Part shown: piece by piece, positions 27,494 to 36,100 of the stretch
How positions within the stretch are numbered: position 1 is the first letter of the stretch
How the letters are laid out: every line of letters starts with the position of its first letter
Origin: Vicinamibacterales bacterium
GTDB lineage: Bacteria > Acidobacteriota > Vicinamibacteria > Vicinamibacterales > 2-12-FULL-66-21
Length of the DNA: 64,000 nt
Direction of reading: 5' to 3'
Assembly (NCBI GenBank): GCA_035250005.1
Contig: DATFFM010000184.1
Location: 14,687 to 78,686, forward strand
Translations under genes and position numbers: made by a program
Notes under the pieces: generated by a model
The model's input: only the letters and a program-made list of their open reading frames with translations
Databases searched by the model: none
Told to the model about the DNA's origin: nothing

Positions 27494-27899
27494 GAGCAAC
27501 TGGCTGTTCAAGGAAGAGCCGACCAACTACAGCTACGACGACCTCGTCCGCGACGGCCGGACGTCGTGGACCGGCGTGAGGAACCCGCTCGCGCAGAAAC
27601 ACCTCCGCGCGGTGAAGAAGGGGGACCGGATCTTCTTCTATCACACCGGCAGCGAGAAGGCCGTGATCGGGATCGCGAAGGCCGATGCGCCGGCCTACCC
27701 GGATCCGGCCGACAAGAGCGGCAAGCTGTACGCCGTGGACGTCGTGCCGGTCAGAAAGCTGAAATCTCCGGTGACGCTCGCGGCGATCAAGGCCGACACG
27801 TTCTTCGCCGCCTTCCCGTTGACGCGGATGCCGAGGCTGTCGGTCATGCCGGTCGACGAGGCCACCTGGGAGCGGATCGTGAAGATGAGCGGGGCGTAG
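27492..27899 (+). CDS. EVE (PUA-like, DUF55) domain protein
   Basis: MSNWLFKEEP...WTGVRNPLAQKHLRAVKKGDRIFFYHTG...VIGIAKA is typical of EVE/thymocyte-nuclear-protein-like domains. ATG at 27492 inside ORF 27303-27899. Confidence 0.85.
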   Translation: MSNWLFKEEPTNYSYDDLVRDGRTSWTGVRNPLAQKHLRAVKKGDRIFFYHTGSEKAVIGIAKADAPAYPDPADKSGKLYAVDVVPVRKLKSPVTLAAIKADTFFAAFPLTRMPRLSVMPVDEATWERIVKMSGA

Positions 27900-27912
27900 A
27901 GACGAACCGTGA

Positions 27913-29817
27913 CTACGACGCCGGCTTCAGCAGCAGGAAGCCGAGCGGCGGCAGATTCAACCGCAGCGATTGGTCGTGGCCGTGTGACGCGATCGGCTCG
28001 GTGAACACGACCCCCTGGTTCCCGAGGTTGCCGCCGCCGTAGGCGTCGCTGTCGCTGTTGATCAGCTCGTCGAACGCTCCCGCCACCGGAACCCCGATGC
28101 GATAGCCGTCGCGCGGCACCGGGGTGAAATTCAGGATGGCGACGACGAGCGCTCCGCTCTTCGCACGGCGCATGAACGAGACGACGCTGTTCTCGTTGTC
28201 GTTGCAGTCGATCCACCGGAACCCGGCGGGATCGTAATCCAGCTCGTGCAGCGCCGGCTCCGCGCCGTACACGCGATTGAGGTCCCCCACGAACTGCTTC
28301 AAACCGGCGTGCAGCGGCCGCTCCAGCAGGTGCCAGTCGACGCTGCGGTCGTGGTTCCACTCACGCCCCTGCCCGAACTCGCAGCCCATGAACATCAGCT
28401 TCTTGCCCGGATGGGCGTACATGAAGCCGTAGAGGCAGCGCAGCGTCGCCGCCTTCTGCCAGTCGTCGCCCGGGACCTTGCCGAACATCGATCCCTTGCC
28501 GTGCACCACCTCGTCGTGAGAGAACGGCAGGATGAAGTTCTCGCTGAACGCGTACAGCAGCGAGAACGTGATGTGGTTGTGGTGCCAGCGGCGGTGGATG
28601 GGATCCTGCTTGATGTACTCGAGGATGTCGTTCATCCAGCCCATGTTCCACTTGTAGGTGAAACCCAGACCGCCCACGTAGGTCGGACGGCTGACCGACG
28701 GCCATGACGTGGACTCTTCGGCAATCGTGATCGAGCCGGGGTGTTCGGCGTGCGTGAGCGTATTGAGCTGCCGCAGAAACGCGATCGCATCGAGGTTCTC
28801 GCGCCCGCCGAAGCGGTTGGGGATCCACTGCCCCTCCTGCCTCGAGTAATCGAGGTAGAGCATCGACGCGACCGCGTCCACGCGAAGGCCGTCCACGTGG
28901 TACTCCTCGAGCCAGTAGAGCGCGTTGGCGAGGAGGAAGTTGCGGACCTCGTTGCGGCCGTAGTTGAAGATCAGCGTGCCCCAGTCGCGGTGCTCTCCCT
29001 GCCGCGGATCCGCATGCTCGTAGAGCGCGGTGCCGTCGAACTGCGCCAGCGCGTACGCGTCCTTGGGAAAGTGTCCAGGCACCCAGTCGAGGATCACGCC
29101 GATGCCGTGCCGGTGGCACTCGTCGACCAGCGCCTTGAAATCCTGCGGCCTGCCGAACCGGCTCGTCGGCGCGTAGAAGCCCGTCACCTGGTAGCCCCAC
29201 GATCCCGAGAACGGATGCTCCATCACCGGCAGCAGCTCGATATGCGTGAAGCCCATCTCCTTCACATAGGGGATCAGCCGCTCGCCGATCTCGGCGTAGG
29301 TGAGATACCGGTCGCCTTCTTCGGGGACTCGCGCCCAGGATCCGAGGTGCACTTCGTACGTGGCCATCGGGCGATGGAACCACGAATCGCACGCGGCGCG
29401 GTGCCGCATCCACTCCTGGTCATTCCAGACATAGTCGGGGTGGCAGACGATGGACGCCGTCGCCGGCGGCAGCTCGAACGCCAGGCCGTACGGATCCGAT
29501 TTCAACAACAGCGCCCCCTGGCGGGTGTGGATCTCGTACTTGTAGCGCTGCCCTTCTTTCGCCGCGGGGACGAATGCCGCCCACACGCCGGTCGCTCCGA
29601 GCGGCTGCATCGGATGCTTCCGGCCGTCCCATGCGTTGAAGTCGCCGACGACGCTGACGCGGTCGCCGTTGGGGGCCCAGAGGGCGAAGTGCACCCCGGT
29701 CTCGCCGTCGAGCGTCAGGACGTGGGCGCCCAGCTTGTCGTAGATGCGGGTGTGGTTGCCCTCGCCAAAAAGGTAGAGGTCGTAGTCTGAGATGACCCGG
29801 TTGTGGGTCTTGCTCAC
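27913..29817 (-). CDS. glgB: 1,4-alpha-glucan branching enzyme
   Basis: GH13 branching-enzyme blocks: [59 protein letters not shown]. The GTG start at 29817 overlaps the upstream stop (GTGA). Confidence 0.92.
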   Translation of the reverse strand: MSKTHNRVISDYDLYLFGEGNHTRIYDKLGAHVLTLDGETGVHFALWAPNGDRVSVVGDFNAWDGRKHPMQPLGATGVWAAFVPAAKEGQRYKYEIHTRQGALLLKSDPYGLAFELPPATASIVCHPDYVWNDQEWMRHRAACDSWFHRPMATYEVHLGSWARVPEEGDRYLTYAEIGERLIPYVKEMGFTHIELLPVMEHPFSGSWGYQVTGFYAPTSRFGRPQDFKALVDECHRHGIGVILDWVPGHFPKDAYALAQFDGTALYEHADPRQGEHRDWGTLIFNYGRNEVRNFLLANALYWLEEYHVDGLRVDAVASMLYLDYSRQEGQWIPNRFGGRENLDAIAFLRQLNTLTHAEHPGSITIAEESTSWPSVSRPTYVGGLGFTYKWNMGWMNDILEYIKQDPIHRRWHHNHITFSLLYAFSENFILPFSHDEVVHGKGSMFGKVPGDDWQKAATLRCLYGFMYAHPGKKLMFMGCEFGQGREWNHDRSVDWHLLERPLHAGLKQFVGDLNRVYGAEPALHELDYDPAGFRWIDCNDNENSVVSFMRRAKSGALVVAILNFTPVPRDGYRIGVPVAGAFDELINSDSDAYGGGNLGNQGVVFTEPIASHGHDQSLRLNLPPLGFLLLKPAS

Positions 29818-30332
29818 CGTGCCGTCAGCCACGTGGCGCGCTCCGCTTCGTCGGGGTGGTCGCCGGGCCCGTTGATCGACGTGACACGGGCGGCGTGGTA
29901 GCCGGGACACCAGCCCGAGAGGCCCGAGAGCGCGGTGACGGCTCCGCCGATGCGCAGCGGCCATTTCAGGGCGCGCGGCGCGCCGCTGCCCGCCAGGACC
30001 AGCGCCATGCCGACCGCCGCCCGGATCGCGCGCTCGGTGTCGCCGACGTTCTGAATCGCGAGACGCGCCTTCACATCCTCCCGCGTGAGCATCTCGAGCT
30101 CCACGAGCGCGCCGGTGAGGGTATCGTTGTCGGGCTCGACCAGCGCACTGCCGCCGACACCGAGGTCGATGGTCGGGGTCCGGCGGGCGCCGTAATTCAA
30201 CGCCTTGGCGCGTTCCAGCGCGCCGGCGTCCTCGTCGATATTGAAGTAGCGATGCACGACACCGAGCCGCCGGAGGTGCCGCCGTGACCGTCGCGTATCC
30301 TCACACCAGTCGGCGCCATAGACAGTGATCAT
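29814..30332 (-). CDS. glutaredoxin-like domain fused to a DUF2892/YgaP-like membrane domain
   Basis: [13 protein letters not shown] (thioredoxin-fold N-terminus). C-terminal hydrophobic hairpin with [14 protein letters not shown] at 30332; the upstream part of the ORF is translation of the heptamer array. Confidence 0.7.
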   Translation of the reverse strand: MITVYGADWCEDTRRSRRHLRRLGVVHRYFNIDEDAGALERAKALNYGARRTPTIDLGVGGSALVEPDNDTLTGALVELEMLTREDVKARLAIQNVGDTERAIRAAVGMALVLAGSGAPRALKWPLRIGGAVTALSGLSGWCPGYHAARVTSINGPGDHPDEAERATWLTAR

Positions 30333-30339
30333 GGGAACT

Positions 30340-30395
30340 CTGAATGCTGAACTCTGAACTCTGAACTCTGAATGCTGAACTCTGAAAGCTGACTG
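30340..30395. repeat. tandem heptanucleotide array CTGAAYK x8
   Basis: CTGAATG CTGAACT CTGAACT CTGAACT CTGAATG CTGAACT CTGAAAG CTGACTG read directly from the sequence. It lies between the stop at 30413 and the start at 30332 of two reverse-strand genes. Confidence 0.9.
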
Positions 30396-30412
30396 CCGAA
30401 CGGGCCCTGATG

Positions 30413-30985
30413 TCAACCGGCCAGCAGGAGGCTGCCGGCCACGAAGACGAGCGAGACAAGAAGCAGCCAGGGGGCGGTGGCGACGAGGCTCGAGCTGCCT
30501 GCCGGCGGCGGTTCGGTGGCGCTCGCCCAGACGGCGACCTGCTGCCACGCGGCGAACACGCAGCCAAGCGTGCCGAGCGCCATCGCCCAGCCGATCGTCA
30601 GCAGCACCGCGGATGTGCCCAGCCGCATGCCGCCGATCCAGGCCGCGAGCACGCTCGACATCAGCAGCACCAGGCCGGCGAAGATCGAGATGAGCTTGAT
30701 CTGCATGAGCGCGCGGTCGGCCGCCTGCCGCCGCAGCTCCGCCTGCAGCGCCCGCTCGGCCCGCGACCGTTCGGCCTCGATCGTCTCACGCTCGAGGTCC
30801 ATTCTGGTCCGGTCGCGGTCGAAGGCTTCCTTCAACGCCGCGACCACGACGCCGGCGAGGCGATGTTCGAGCGAGCCGGCGCCGGCCTGGCTCACATCCG
30901 TGGCTGGCGGACGAAGGAACTGCGCCCCCACCTGCGCCAGCGTGGTGACGGTGCCGACAATCTTCATCCACTGCCCGGCGGCCAT
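30413..30985 (-). CDS. hypothetical membrane protein (N-terminal coiled-coil-like region, 3 C-terminal TM helices)
   Basis: Charged helical stretch DRDRTRMDLERETIEAERSRAERALQAELRRQAADR, followed by hydrophobic helices. Coding-type codon bias. Confidence 0.5.
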   Translation of the reverse strand: MAAGQWMKIVGTVTTLAQVGAQFLRPPATDVSQAGAGSLEHRLAGVVVAALKEAFDRDRTRMDLERETIEAERSRAERALQAELRRQAADRALMQIKLISIFAGLVLLMSSVLAAWIGGMRLGTSAVLLTIGWAMALGTLGCVFAAWQQVAVWASATEPPPAGSSSLVATAPWLLLVSLVFVAGSLLLAG

Positions 30986-30994
30986 GACGTCAGT

Positions 30995-31267
30995 TTACGT
31001 CAGGCGGCGTTGAGCAAGGATGGCGTCGATGTGCGCGCAGACCAGGCCCGGCAGATCGTCGAGCGGGCCGTACAGAGTGAAGACCTTTCGAAAGCGGGGT
31101 CCGGTGATGGCGAGGTCCCATCCCTTGCCTGATTGCGAGCGGAAGATCGCCAGCTTCCAGCTTTCGAACGAGGGACGCCAGCGCTTGATCGTTGCGCGCA
31201 CCGAGTCGGCCAGCGCAGCACGGGTGGCGGCGTCGAGAACTTGCGGGCAGCTGATGGTGACAGGCAT
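30995..31267 (-). CDS. hypothetical small protein
   Basis: 90-aa ORF with coding-type codon bias, immediately upstream of 30413-30985 on the same strand. Confidence 0.4.
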   Translation of the reverse strand: MPVTISCPQVLDAATRAALADSVRATIKRWRPSFESWKLAIFRSQSGKGWDLAITGPRFRKVFTLYGPLDDLPGLVCAHIDAILAQRRLT

Positions 31268-31338
31268 GTTGAACCGGTACCGTAACGCCGGCCGGCCCGG
31301 AGCTTCAAGCTAAGCCGTATCCGCGTTAAGCTCGAATC

Positions 31339-32631
31339 ATGGGCCGCACCTATAGGTGGATCGTGTTGCTGGTCGCGGCGGCGGCGATGGTCGGATCGCT
31401 CCCCGGCCGCACGCAGGGGCTGGGGCTCGTCACCGAGCCGCTCCTGGCGGAGCTCGGGATCGATCGCGTCAGCTACGCGGCCTTGAACTTCTGGGCGACG
31501 GTGATCGGATCCGGGGGCGCGCTGGGCATCGGCTACGCGGTGGACCGTCTGGGCAGCCGGATCGTGCTCACCAGCGTCCTGTTCGCGCTCGGTGCGGTCG
31601 TGTGCCTGATGAGTCTTTCGAGCTCATATGCGGCGCTCGCGGTCTGGATCACGTTGACGCGCGCGCTCGGGCAGAGCGCCCTGTCGGTGGTCTCCCTGGC
31701 AATCGTCGGGCACTGGTTCCTGCGGCGCATCGACAAGGCGATGGCGGTCTACAGCGTCGTCATCAGCATCGGATTCATGGCCGCGTTCCCGCTGGTGGGG
31801 TTCTCGGTGCAGGCTTGGGGCTGGCGCGCCGCCTGGATGGGAGTCGGGCTTGCCGTCGCCGCCGTCCTGGCGCCGCTCGCCTTCCTCATCGTCCGCCGAA
31901 GCCCGGAGGCGGTTGGGGTCAGATCTCGATTTTTCGAGTCCGGGCATGAGAAAGCACCGCCCGGACTCGAAAAATCGAGATCTGACCCCAAGGCTGCCAA
32001 CGCGCTGGCAGGCTACACCTGGACGGCGGCGCTTGCGATGCCGTCGTTCTGGGTCTTTGCGATCGGGACGGCGCTCTACGGCCTCGTGGCCTCGGGCATC
32101 GGGCTGTTCAACGAATCCATCCTGGCGGAGCGCGGGTTCGGCCCGGACGTCTACTACCAGACCCTCGCCGTCACCGCGATGACCGCACTCGCCGGCAACT
32201 TCCTCGGCGGATGGCTCTCGGCGCGCATCGCGCTCGGGCGGCTGATGGCCGTATCGCAGTTCATCCTGGCCGCGGGCGTCTTCGCGCTCCCCTTCGTCGG
32301 CACCATGGCCCACGTGCTGGCCTGGGCGGTCGCCATGGGCCTCGGCGGCGGACTGGTGATGGTGCTCTTCTTCAGTGTGTGGGGACGGGTCTTCGGACGC
32401 CTGCACCTGGGGCGCATCCAGGGAGTCGCACAGGCGCTGACGGTGCTCGCATCGGCCGTGGGCCCACTAATGGTGGCCTGGTGCCTCGAGTGGACCGGGA
32501 GCTACACCGCCGTGTTCCAGATCCTGTCCGCGGTGATCGGAGCGGCCGCGCTCGCCGCCCTGCTCGTGTCGCTGCCGGACGCACCTCCGGTCCTGAACAC
32601 GCTGAACCCCACCGGCGACACGGCCGGCTGA
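31339..32631 (+). CDS. MFS transporter carrying an in-frame palindromic-element insertion in the central loop
   Basis: About 12 hydrophobic helices in a 6+6 arrangement, with the MFS-like motif GYAVDRLGSR after TM2. The central loop contains the 25 codons encoded by the element at 31915-31989. Confidence 0.85.
   Translation: MGRTYRWIVLLVAAAAMVGSLPGRTQGLGLVTEPLLAELGIDRVSYAALNFWATVIGSGGALGIGYAVDRLGSRIVLTSVLFALGAVVCLMSLSSSYAALAVWITLTRALGQSALSVVSLAIVGHWFLRRIDKAMAVYSVVISIGFMAAFPLVGFSVQAWGWRAAWMGVGLAVAAVLAPLAFLIVRRSPEAVGVRSRFFESGHEKAPPGLEKSRSDPKAANALAGYTWTAALAMPSFWVFAIGTALYGLVASGIGLFNESILAERGFGPDVYYQTLAVTAMTALAGNFLGGWLSARIALGRLMAVSQFILAAGVFALPFVGTMAHVLAWAVAMGLGGGLVMVLFFSVWGRVFGRLHLGRIQGVAQALTVLASAVGPLMVAWCLEWTGSYTAVFQILSAVIGAAALAALLVSLPDAPPVLNTLNPTGDTAG
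31915..31989. repeat. 75-bp nested palindromic element inserted in frame inside the MFS gene
   Basis: Outer arms GGGGTCAGATCTCGATTTTTCG / CGAAAAATCGAGATCTGACCCC are identical to the copy at 17064-17137. The inner stem differs (TCCGGGC...GCCCGGA). 75 nt equals 25 codons with no stop; it translates as GVRSRFFESGHEKAPPGLEKSRSDP. Confidence 0.9.
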
Positions 32632-33131
32632 TGCCCGCCCTCTACCTCACGATCTGGATCGCGCTCCTGCTGTTCGCCGCGGCGGAGACGGGGCGTGCGT
32701 TCGCCGTTCGTGGATCGACACCCCCCGGATGGGCATGGTGGGCCTTCACGCTCGGGCTCGCGCTCGCCCTCATCCACACCCTGCTCTCCTTTCACATCGT
32801 CCACGACTGGGACCATGCGGATGCCGTGCGCAGCACGGCGCTCCAGACGCAGGCGACGTACGGCGTGCCGGCAGGATGGGGCGTCTACGTGAACTACGCG
32901 TTCTTCGCGGTGTGGCTCGCGGACGCCTGGTGGTGGCGCGCCGCTCCGCGCGCGGTCCGGCCTCCGGCCGTGACCTGGACGCTGCGCGCTTTCTACATGA
33001 TCGTCATCTTCAACGCCGCCGTGGTATTCGCCATCGGTCCCAGACGGATCCTCGGGCTCGTGCTCGTCAGCTGGCTCGCCCGTGTGTGGGGGCAGCCGGC
33101 TACGACAGCCCCTTCTTCACCGCGTCGATGA
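32631..33131 (+). CDS. hypothetical integral membrane protein
   Basis: Four or five hydrophobic helices. The ATG at 32631 overlaps the MFS stop (TGATG). Confidence 0.55.
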   Translation: MPALYLTIWIALLLFAAAETGRAFAVRGSTPPGWAWWAFTLGLALALIHTLLSFHIVHDWDHADAVRSTALQTQATYGVPAGWGVYVNYAFFAVWLADAWWWRAAPRAVRPPAVTWTLRAFYMIVIFNAAVVFAIGPRRILGLVLVSWLARVWGQPATTAPSSPRR

Positions 33132-33495
33132 TCATCTGCAGGTCGTACGGCTTGCCGATGATCTCGAGGACCGGCACATCGGGCTTCGCGATCTGCTCCA
33201 CCCGAGCCGGGTTCGTGCTCGTGATCACGAACTTTCGGTTCTGGGTGGCTGGCAGCGCCCGCAGATGCTGCAGGAACAACCAGCTGCGGTCGTACGGAGG
33301 GGGGACGTCGTAGATGATGACTTGCGGGTCGTGCTCCTCGAGAAAGCCCCCGAAGTCCAGCTGACCTCGTCGAAGGTCGGCGACGTGCGCGCTGACGGCG
33401 ACGATGCCTTCGGATTCGATCATCACCCGAAGCATCTCGACCGTATCGTCGTTGGTGTTGAGAATCGCAACCACAGGCGGCCTCGGACCATTCAT
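33100..33495 (-). CDS. stand-alone response-regulator receiver domain protein
   Basis: CheY-like landmarks in order: NTNDDT (acidic pair), VIIYDV (phospho-Asp position), ITSTN (Thr/Ser), IGKPYD (Lys-Pro). Confidence 0.65.
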   Translation of the reverse strand: MNGPRPPVVAILNTNDDTVEMLRVMIESEGIVAVSAHVADLRRGQLDFGGFLEEHDPQVIIYDVPPPYDRSWLFLQHLRALPATQNRKFVITSTNPARVEQIAKPDVPVLEIIGKPYDLQMIIDAVKKGLS

Positions 33496-33521
33496 GGCCG
33501 CCAGGGATGCAAGCGGCAGCC

Positions 33522-33803
33522 CTACTCCGGGGGCAGCTTCATCGAGGCCATCCGGGGCTTCGGCGTGTCCTGAAGCTGTTCATCCTCGCTTCTGGCCGGC
33601 TGTCGGTACCCGCACGACGGCCCGTCGCACACCCACGCCGGCGTGCTTTTCGCCACACCTTCGCCTACCGTCAGGCGGTAGCGCTCGTTGAATTCGACGG
33701 TGTTTTTGCGGCACTTCGGGCACACGGCGATGTCGCCGTTGGAGGGCCGGTCGGGCCCCCGACGCTCGCGCATCGGTTGATGAACGTTCACCCCGGGCAC
33801 CAT
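33522..33803 (-). CDS. small zinc-ribbon protein (start uncertain)
   Basis: CPKC...x25...CDGPSC four-Cys pattern. Alternative starts at 33773 and 33896. No clear SD. Confidence 0.4.
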   Translation of the reverse strand: MVPGVNVHQPMRERRGPDRPSNGDIAVCPKCRKNTVEFNERYRLTVGEGVAKSTPAWVCDGPSCGYRQPARSEDEQLQDTPKPRMASMKLPPE

Positions 33804-33909
33804 GAAAAAAAAGGAGAGCCTGGAGAATACTCCGCCTTGAGCTCGGCCGCAATGGTCCCGCGAAATATATTTTTGGCTTGATTCGGACGGCTGCATCGTG
33901 CGCCAGAAT

Positions 33910-34782
33910 TCACTCCATCGGGCGATTCTGAAAGGACATGCTGAGCCCCTCCGCGATGCCGCGAATGAGGTCGTCCACGCGGTCGCGCCGCCCTTCGAAG
34001 TCACGAACGGAGGATTTGAGATCGGTCCGGCCATCGACGATGCGGGTGCGCACGCGTACGATGTCGCCGTCGCCGAAGACGCTGCCCTCGATCACCTGCG
34101 CCGCACCCAGCAGCTCCGCGATCTCGCGCAACGGCTTGCGCGCGCCGCCAAATTGCAGTGCGGTCGTCCGCGAGACGACGCCGACCACATTGATGCGCGC
34201 AAGCTCGGTGGTAACGCCGTCGGTGATGCGCGCCGCCAGCATTTCGTCGGCACCGCCGGCCGCATAGTGCGTGAAGGGCAGGACGGCAACGCGCAGGCCG
34301 GTCGAGGGGCGTGCGGATGTTTGTTCAGCAGGGCCCCAGAGCGCGATCCCCGGCACGGCGACAATGGCGAGCAGGAGGACCGCGACTGGCCACCTGAAGC
34401 GGAACGCTCCGCGCGGGCTGGCGGGAGTCGGCGCGGGCAGCGCGGCTTCCCTGATCTCGAACTGCGGTACGTAACCGCCGCGGGGGATGCGCACGATGAC
34501 GCGGTCGCCAACCCCTTCGCCACTGTAGTACTCGTCCACCTTCGCCCGGAGGCGGCCGGCTTCGACCCGGACGATGGAGTCGATGCGCGGGTCGTATTGC
34601 GCGTCGCGCTCGAAGACGTCGACGCCGATCGCGTATTCCTTGAGCTGCCCGGCCTCGCCGGCAAGCGCGCGATCGACCACATACCGGAGAAATGTCCGGA
34701 GCCGCGGCGTCGTGGCGAACGGCTGGCTCGCGAGCATTCGCTCGAGCTGGTCCCTGACCTCCTCGGCGGACGGCGGCTGCAT
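33910..34782 (-). CDS. membrane-anchored winged-helix (CadC/OmpR-like) N-terminal domain protein with a TolB-N-like periplasmic domain
   Basis: - N-terminus: LERMLASQPFATTPRLRTFLRYVVDRAL...LKEYAIGVDVFERD...VRVEAGRLRAKVDEYY...VRIPRGGYVPQF.
- One TM helix (WPVAVLLLAIVAVPGIALW).
- Periplasmic part: VAVLPF...ITDGVTTELAR.
- ATG at 34782. Confidence 0.6.
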   Translation of the reverse strand: MQPPSAEEVRDQLERMLASQPFATTPRLRTFLRYVVDRALAGEAGQLKEYAIGVDVFERDAQYDPRIDSIVRVEAGRLRAKVDEYYSGEGVGDRVIVRIPRGGYVPQFEIREAALPAPTPASPRGAFRFRWPVAVLLLAIVAVPGIALWGPAEQTSARPSTGLRVAVLPFTHYAAGGADEMLAARITDGVTTELARINVVGVVSRTTALQFGGARKPLREIAELLGAAQVIEGSVFGDGDIVRVRTRIVDGRTDLKSSVRDFEGRRDRVDDLIRGIAEGLSMSFQNRPME

Positions 34783-34939
34783 GCCCACAGTATGAACCCG
34801 CTCGAGGGCCGGAGCACGCCCCGGGTGCGGCGGTCCTGGCCGCAAGTAACGGTTACGTCGCGGCAAGTTACTCCCTCTTGAGCGCGCCGGGTGCGAGACT
34901 TCAGGCCTGTGCCCGTCACGTGCGGGCTGGGGGGTTGAC

Positions 34940-36100
34940 ATGTTCAAGCAGAGCCTGGGAGTTGTGCTCGCGATCCTGATTGCCGCCGCCGCGGCGGACG
35001 CCATTCCTGACGTTCGGAGCGAGCTCGCCGTTCACGAATGGGGCACCTTCACCACGGTGGCGGGGGAGGACGGCCGTGCGGTGGCCTGGCGGCCACTCGA
35101 TGGTCCCGTCGATCTGCCGTGCTTTGTCGAGCGCGCGGATCTGCCGCCGAAGCTTTCGTTCGTGACAACCGTCAGAATGGAAACGCCGGTGATCTATTTT
35201 TACGCGCCTCGGCCGCTCACGGTGGATGTGACCGTCGGCTTCAGGCAGGGAGTCGTGACCGAGTTCTTTCCGCGCCCCACCTCAATCCGCGAAGGCCGTC
35301 CAGATCTGCTCGGCCGGCCGGCGATGAGTCGTCTCGAATGGAACGGGATACAGCTGTTGCCGGGCGCGGCCGTGGATTTTCCCTCCGACGAGGCACCCAA
35401 CCACTACTACGCCGCCAGGGCGGCAGACGCGACGCCTCTACAGGTCGGCACGCAAAGAGAAGGCTTCCTGTTTTATCGAGGTGTCGGCGGCTTCGAGCTG
35501 CCGCTGCGGGCAACGGTCAATCCACATCGGGCCTTCAACATCACGAATGCCGGACTCGATCCGATGCCGGCGCTCATGGTCTTCGAAAACCGCGCAGGGC
35601 GCATCGGCTTTCGGACGAGCACGTCACCGGGCAGGCAGGTCACGATCCCGCCCCTCACGCTCGACAGCGGCATTGCCTCGGTCCGTGCGGCGCTTGTCGG
35701 CATGCTGGTCGCCGAGGGTCTGTACCTGCGGGAAGCAGAGGCGATGGTCGAGACGTGGAGCGGCTCCTGGTTCGAGGAAGGGGCACGGGTGTTCTATGTC
35801 GTGCCGAGACCGCTCGTCGATCACACGCTGCCGTTGAACATTCAGCCGGTGCCGGGGGTGGTCGAGCGCGTATTTGTCGGACGGCTGGAGGTCGCGACCC
35901 CGCAGCTGCTCGACGATCTCAGGGAAGCGTTCGCGGCACGCGATCACGAGACGCTGGCGGCGCATGGACGATTCCTCGAGCCCTTCGGTCGGCGGGTTCT
36001 CGACAGAGGTCTGCCGGCGGACGAACGCGCACAGATCCTCGCGGCATTGGCCGCCCCGATGAAGGGACCGCAGGCATACGGCTGCGCGATCGATCCCTAA
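34940..36100 (+). CDS. hypothetical secreted protein
   Basis: Signal peptide GVVLAILIAAAAADA. Coding-type codon bias. The stop TAA at 36098-36100 lies inside the first CCCTAAT repeat. Confidence 0.6.
   Translation: MFKQSLGVVLAILIAAAAADAIPDVRSELAVHEWGTFTTVAGEDGRAVAWRPLDGPVDLPCFVERADLPPKLSFVTTVRMETPVIYFYAPRPLTVDVTVGFRQGVVTEFFPRPTSIREGRPDLLGRPAMSRLEWNGIQLLPGAAVDFPSDEAPNHYYAARAADATPLQVGTQREGFLFYRGVGGFELPLRATVNPHRAFNITNAGLDPMPALMVFENRAGRIGFRTSTSPGRQVTIPPLTLDSGIASVRAALVGMLVAEGLYLREAEAMVETWSGSWFEEGARVFYVVPRPLVDHTLPLNIQPVPGVVERVFVGRLEVATPQLLDDLREAFAARDHETLAAHGRFLEPFGRRVLDRGLPADERAQILAALAAPMKGPQAYGCAIDP

Noticed and set aside
28361-29413. 350-aa reverse-strand ORF and several forward ORFs inside the glgB locus
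   Set aside because: They are alternate or antisense frames of glgB. Only the 27913-29817 frame shows the GH13 branching-enzyme blocks.
33800-33895. Locally AT-richer stretch (CGCGAAATATATTTTTGGCTTG) considered as a mobile-element end or replication-related site
   Set aside because: It is short and unrepeated, and it lies in a normal intergenic position upstream of a reverse-strand gene. It is most simply a promoter/UP-element region. No supporting repeats or DnaA-box-like clusters were seen.
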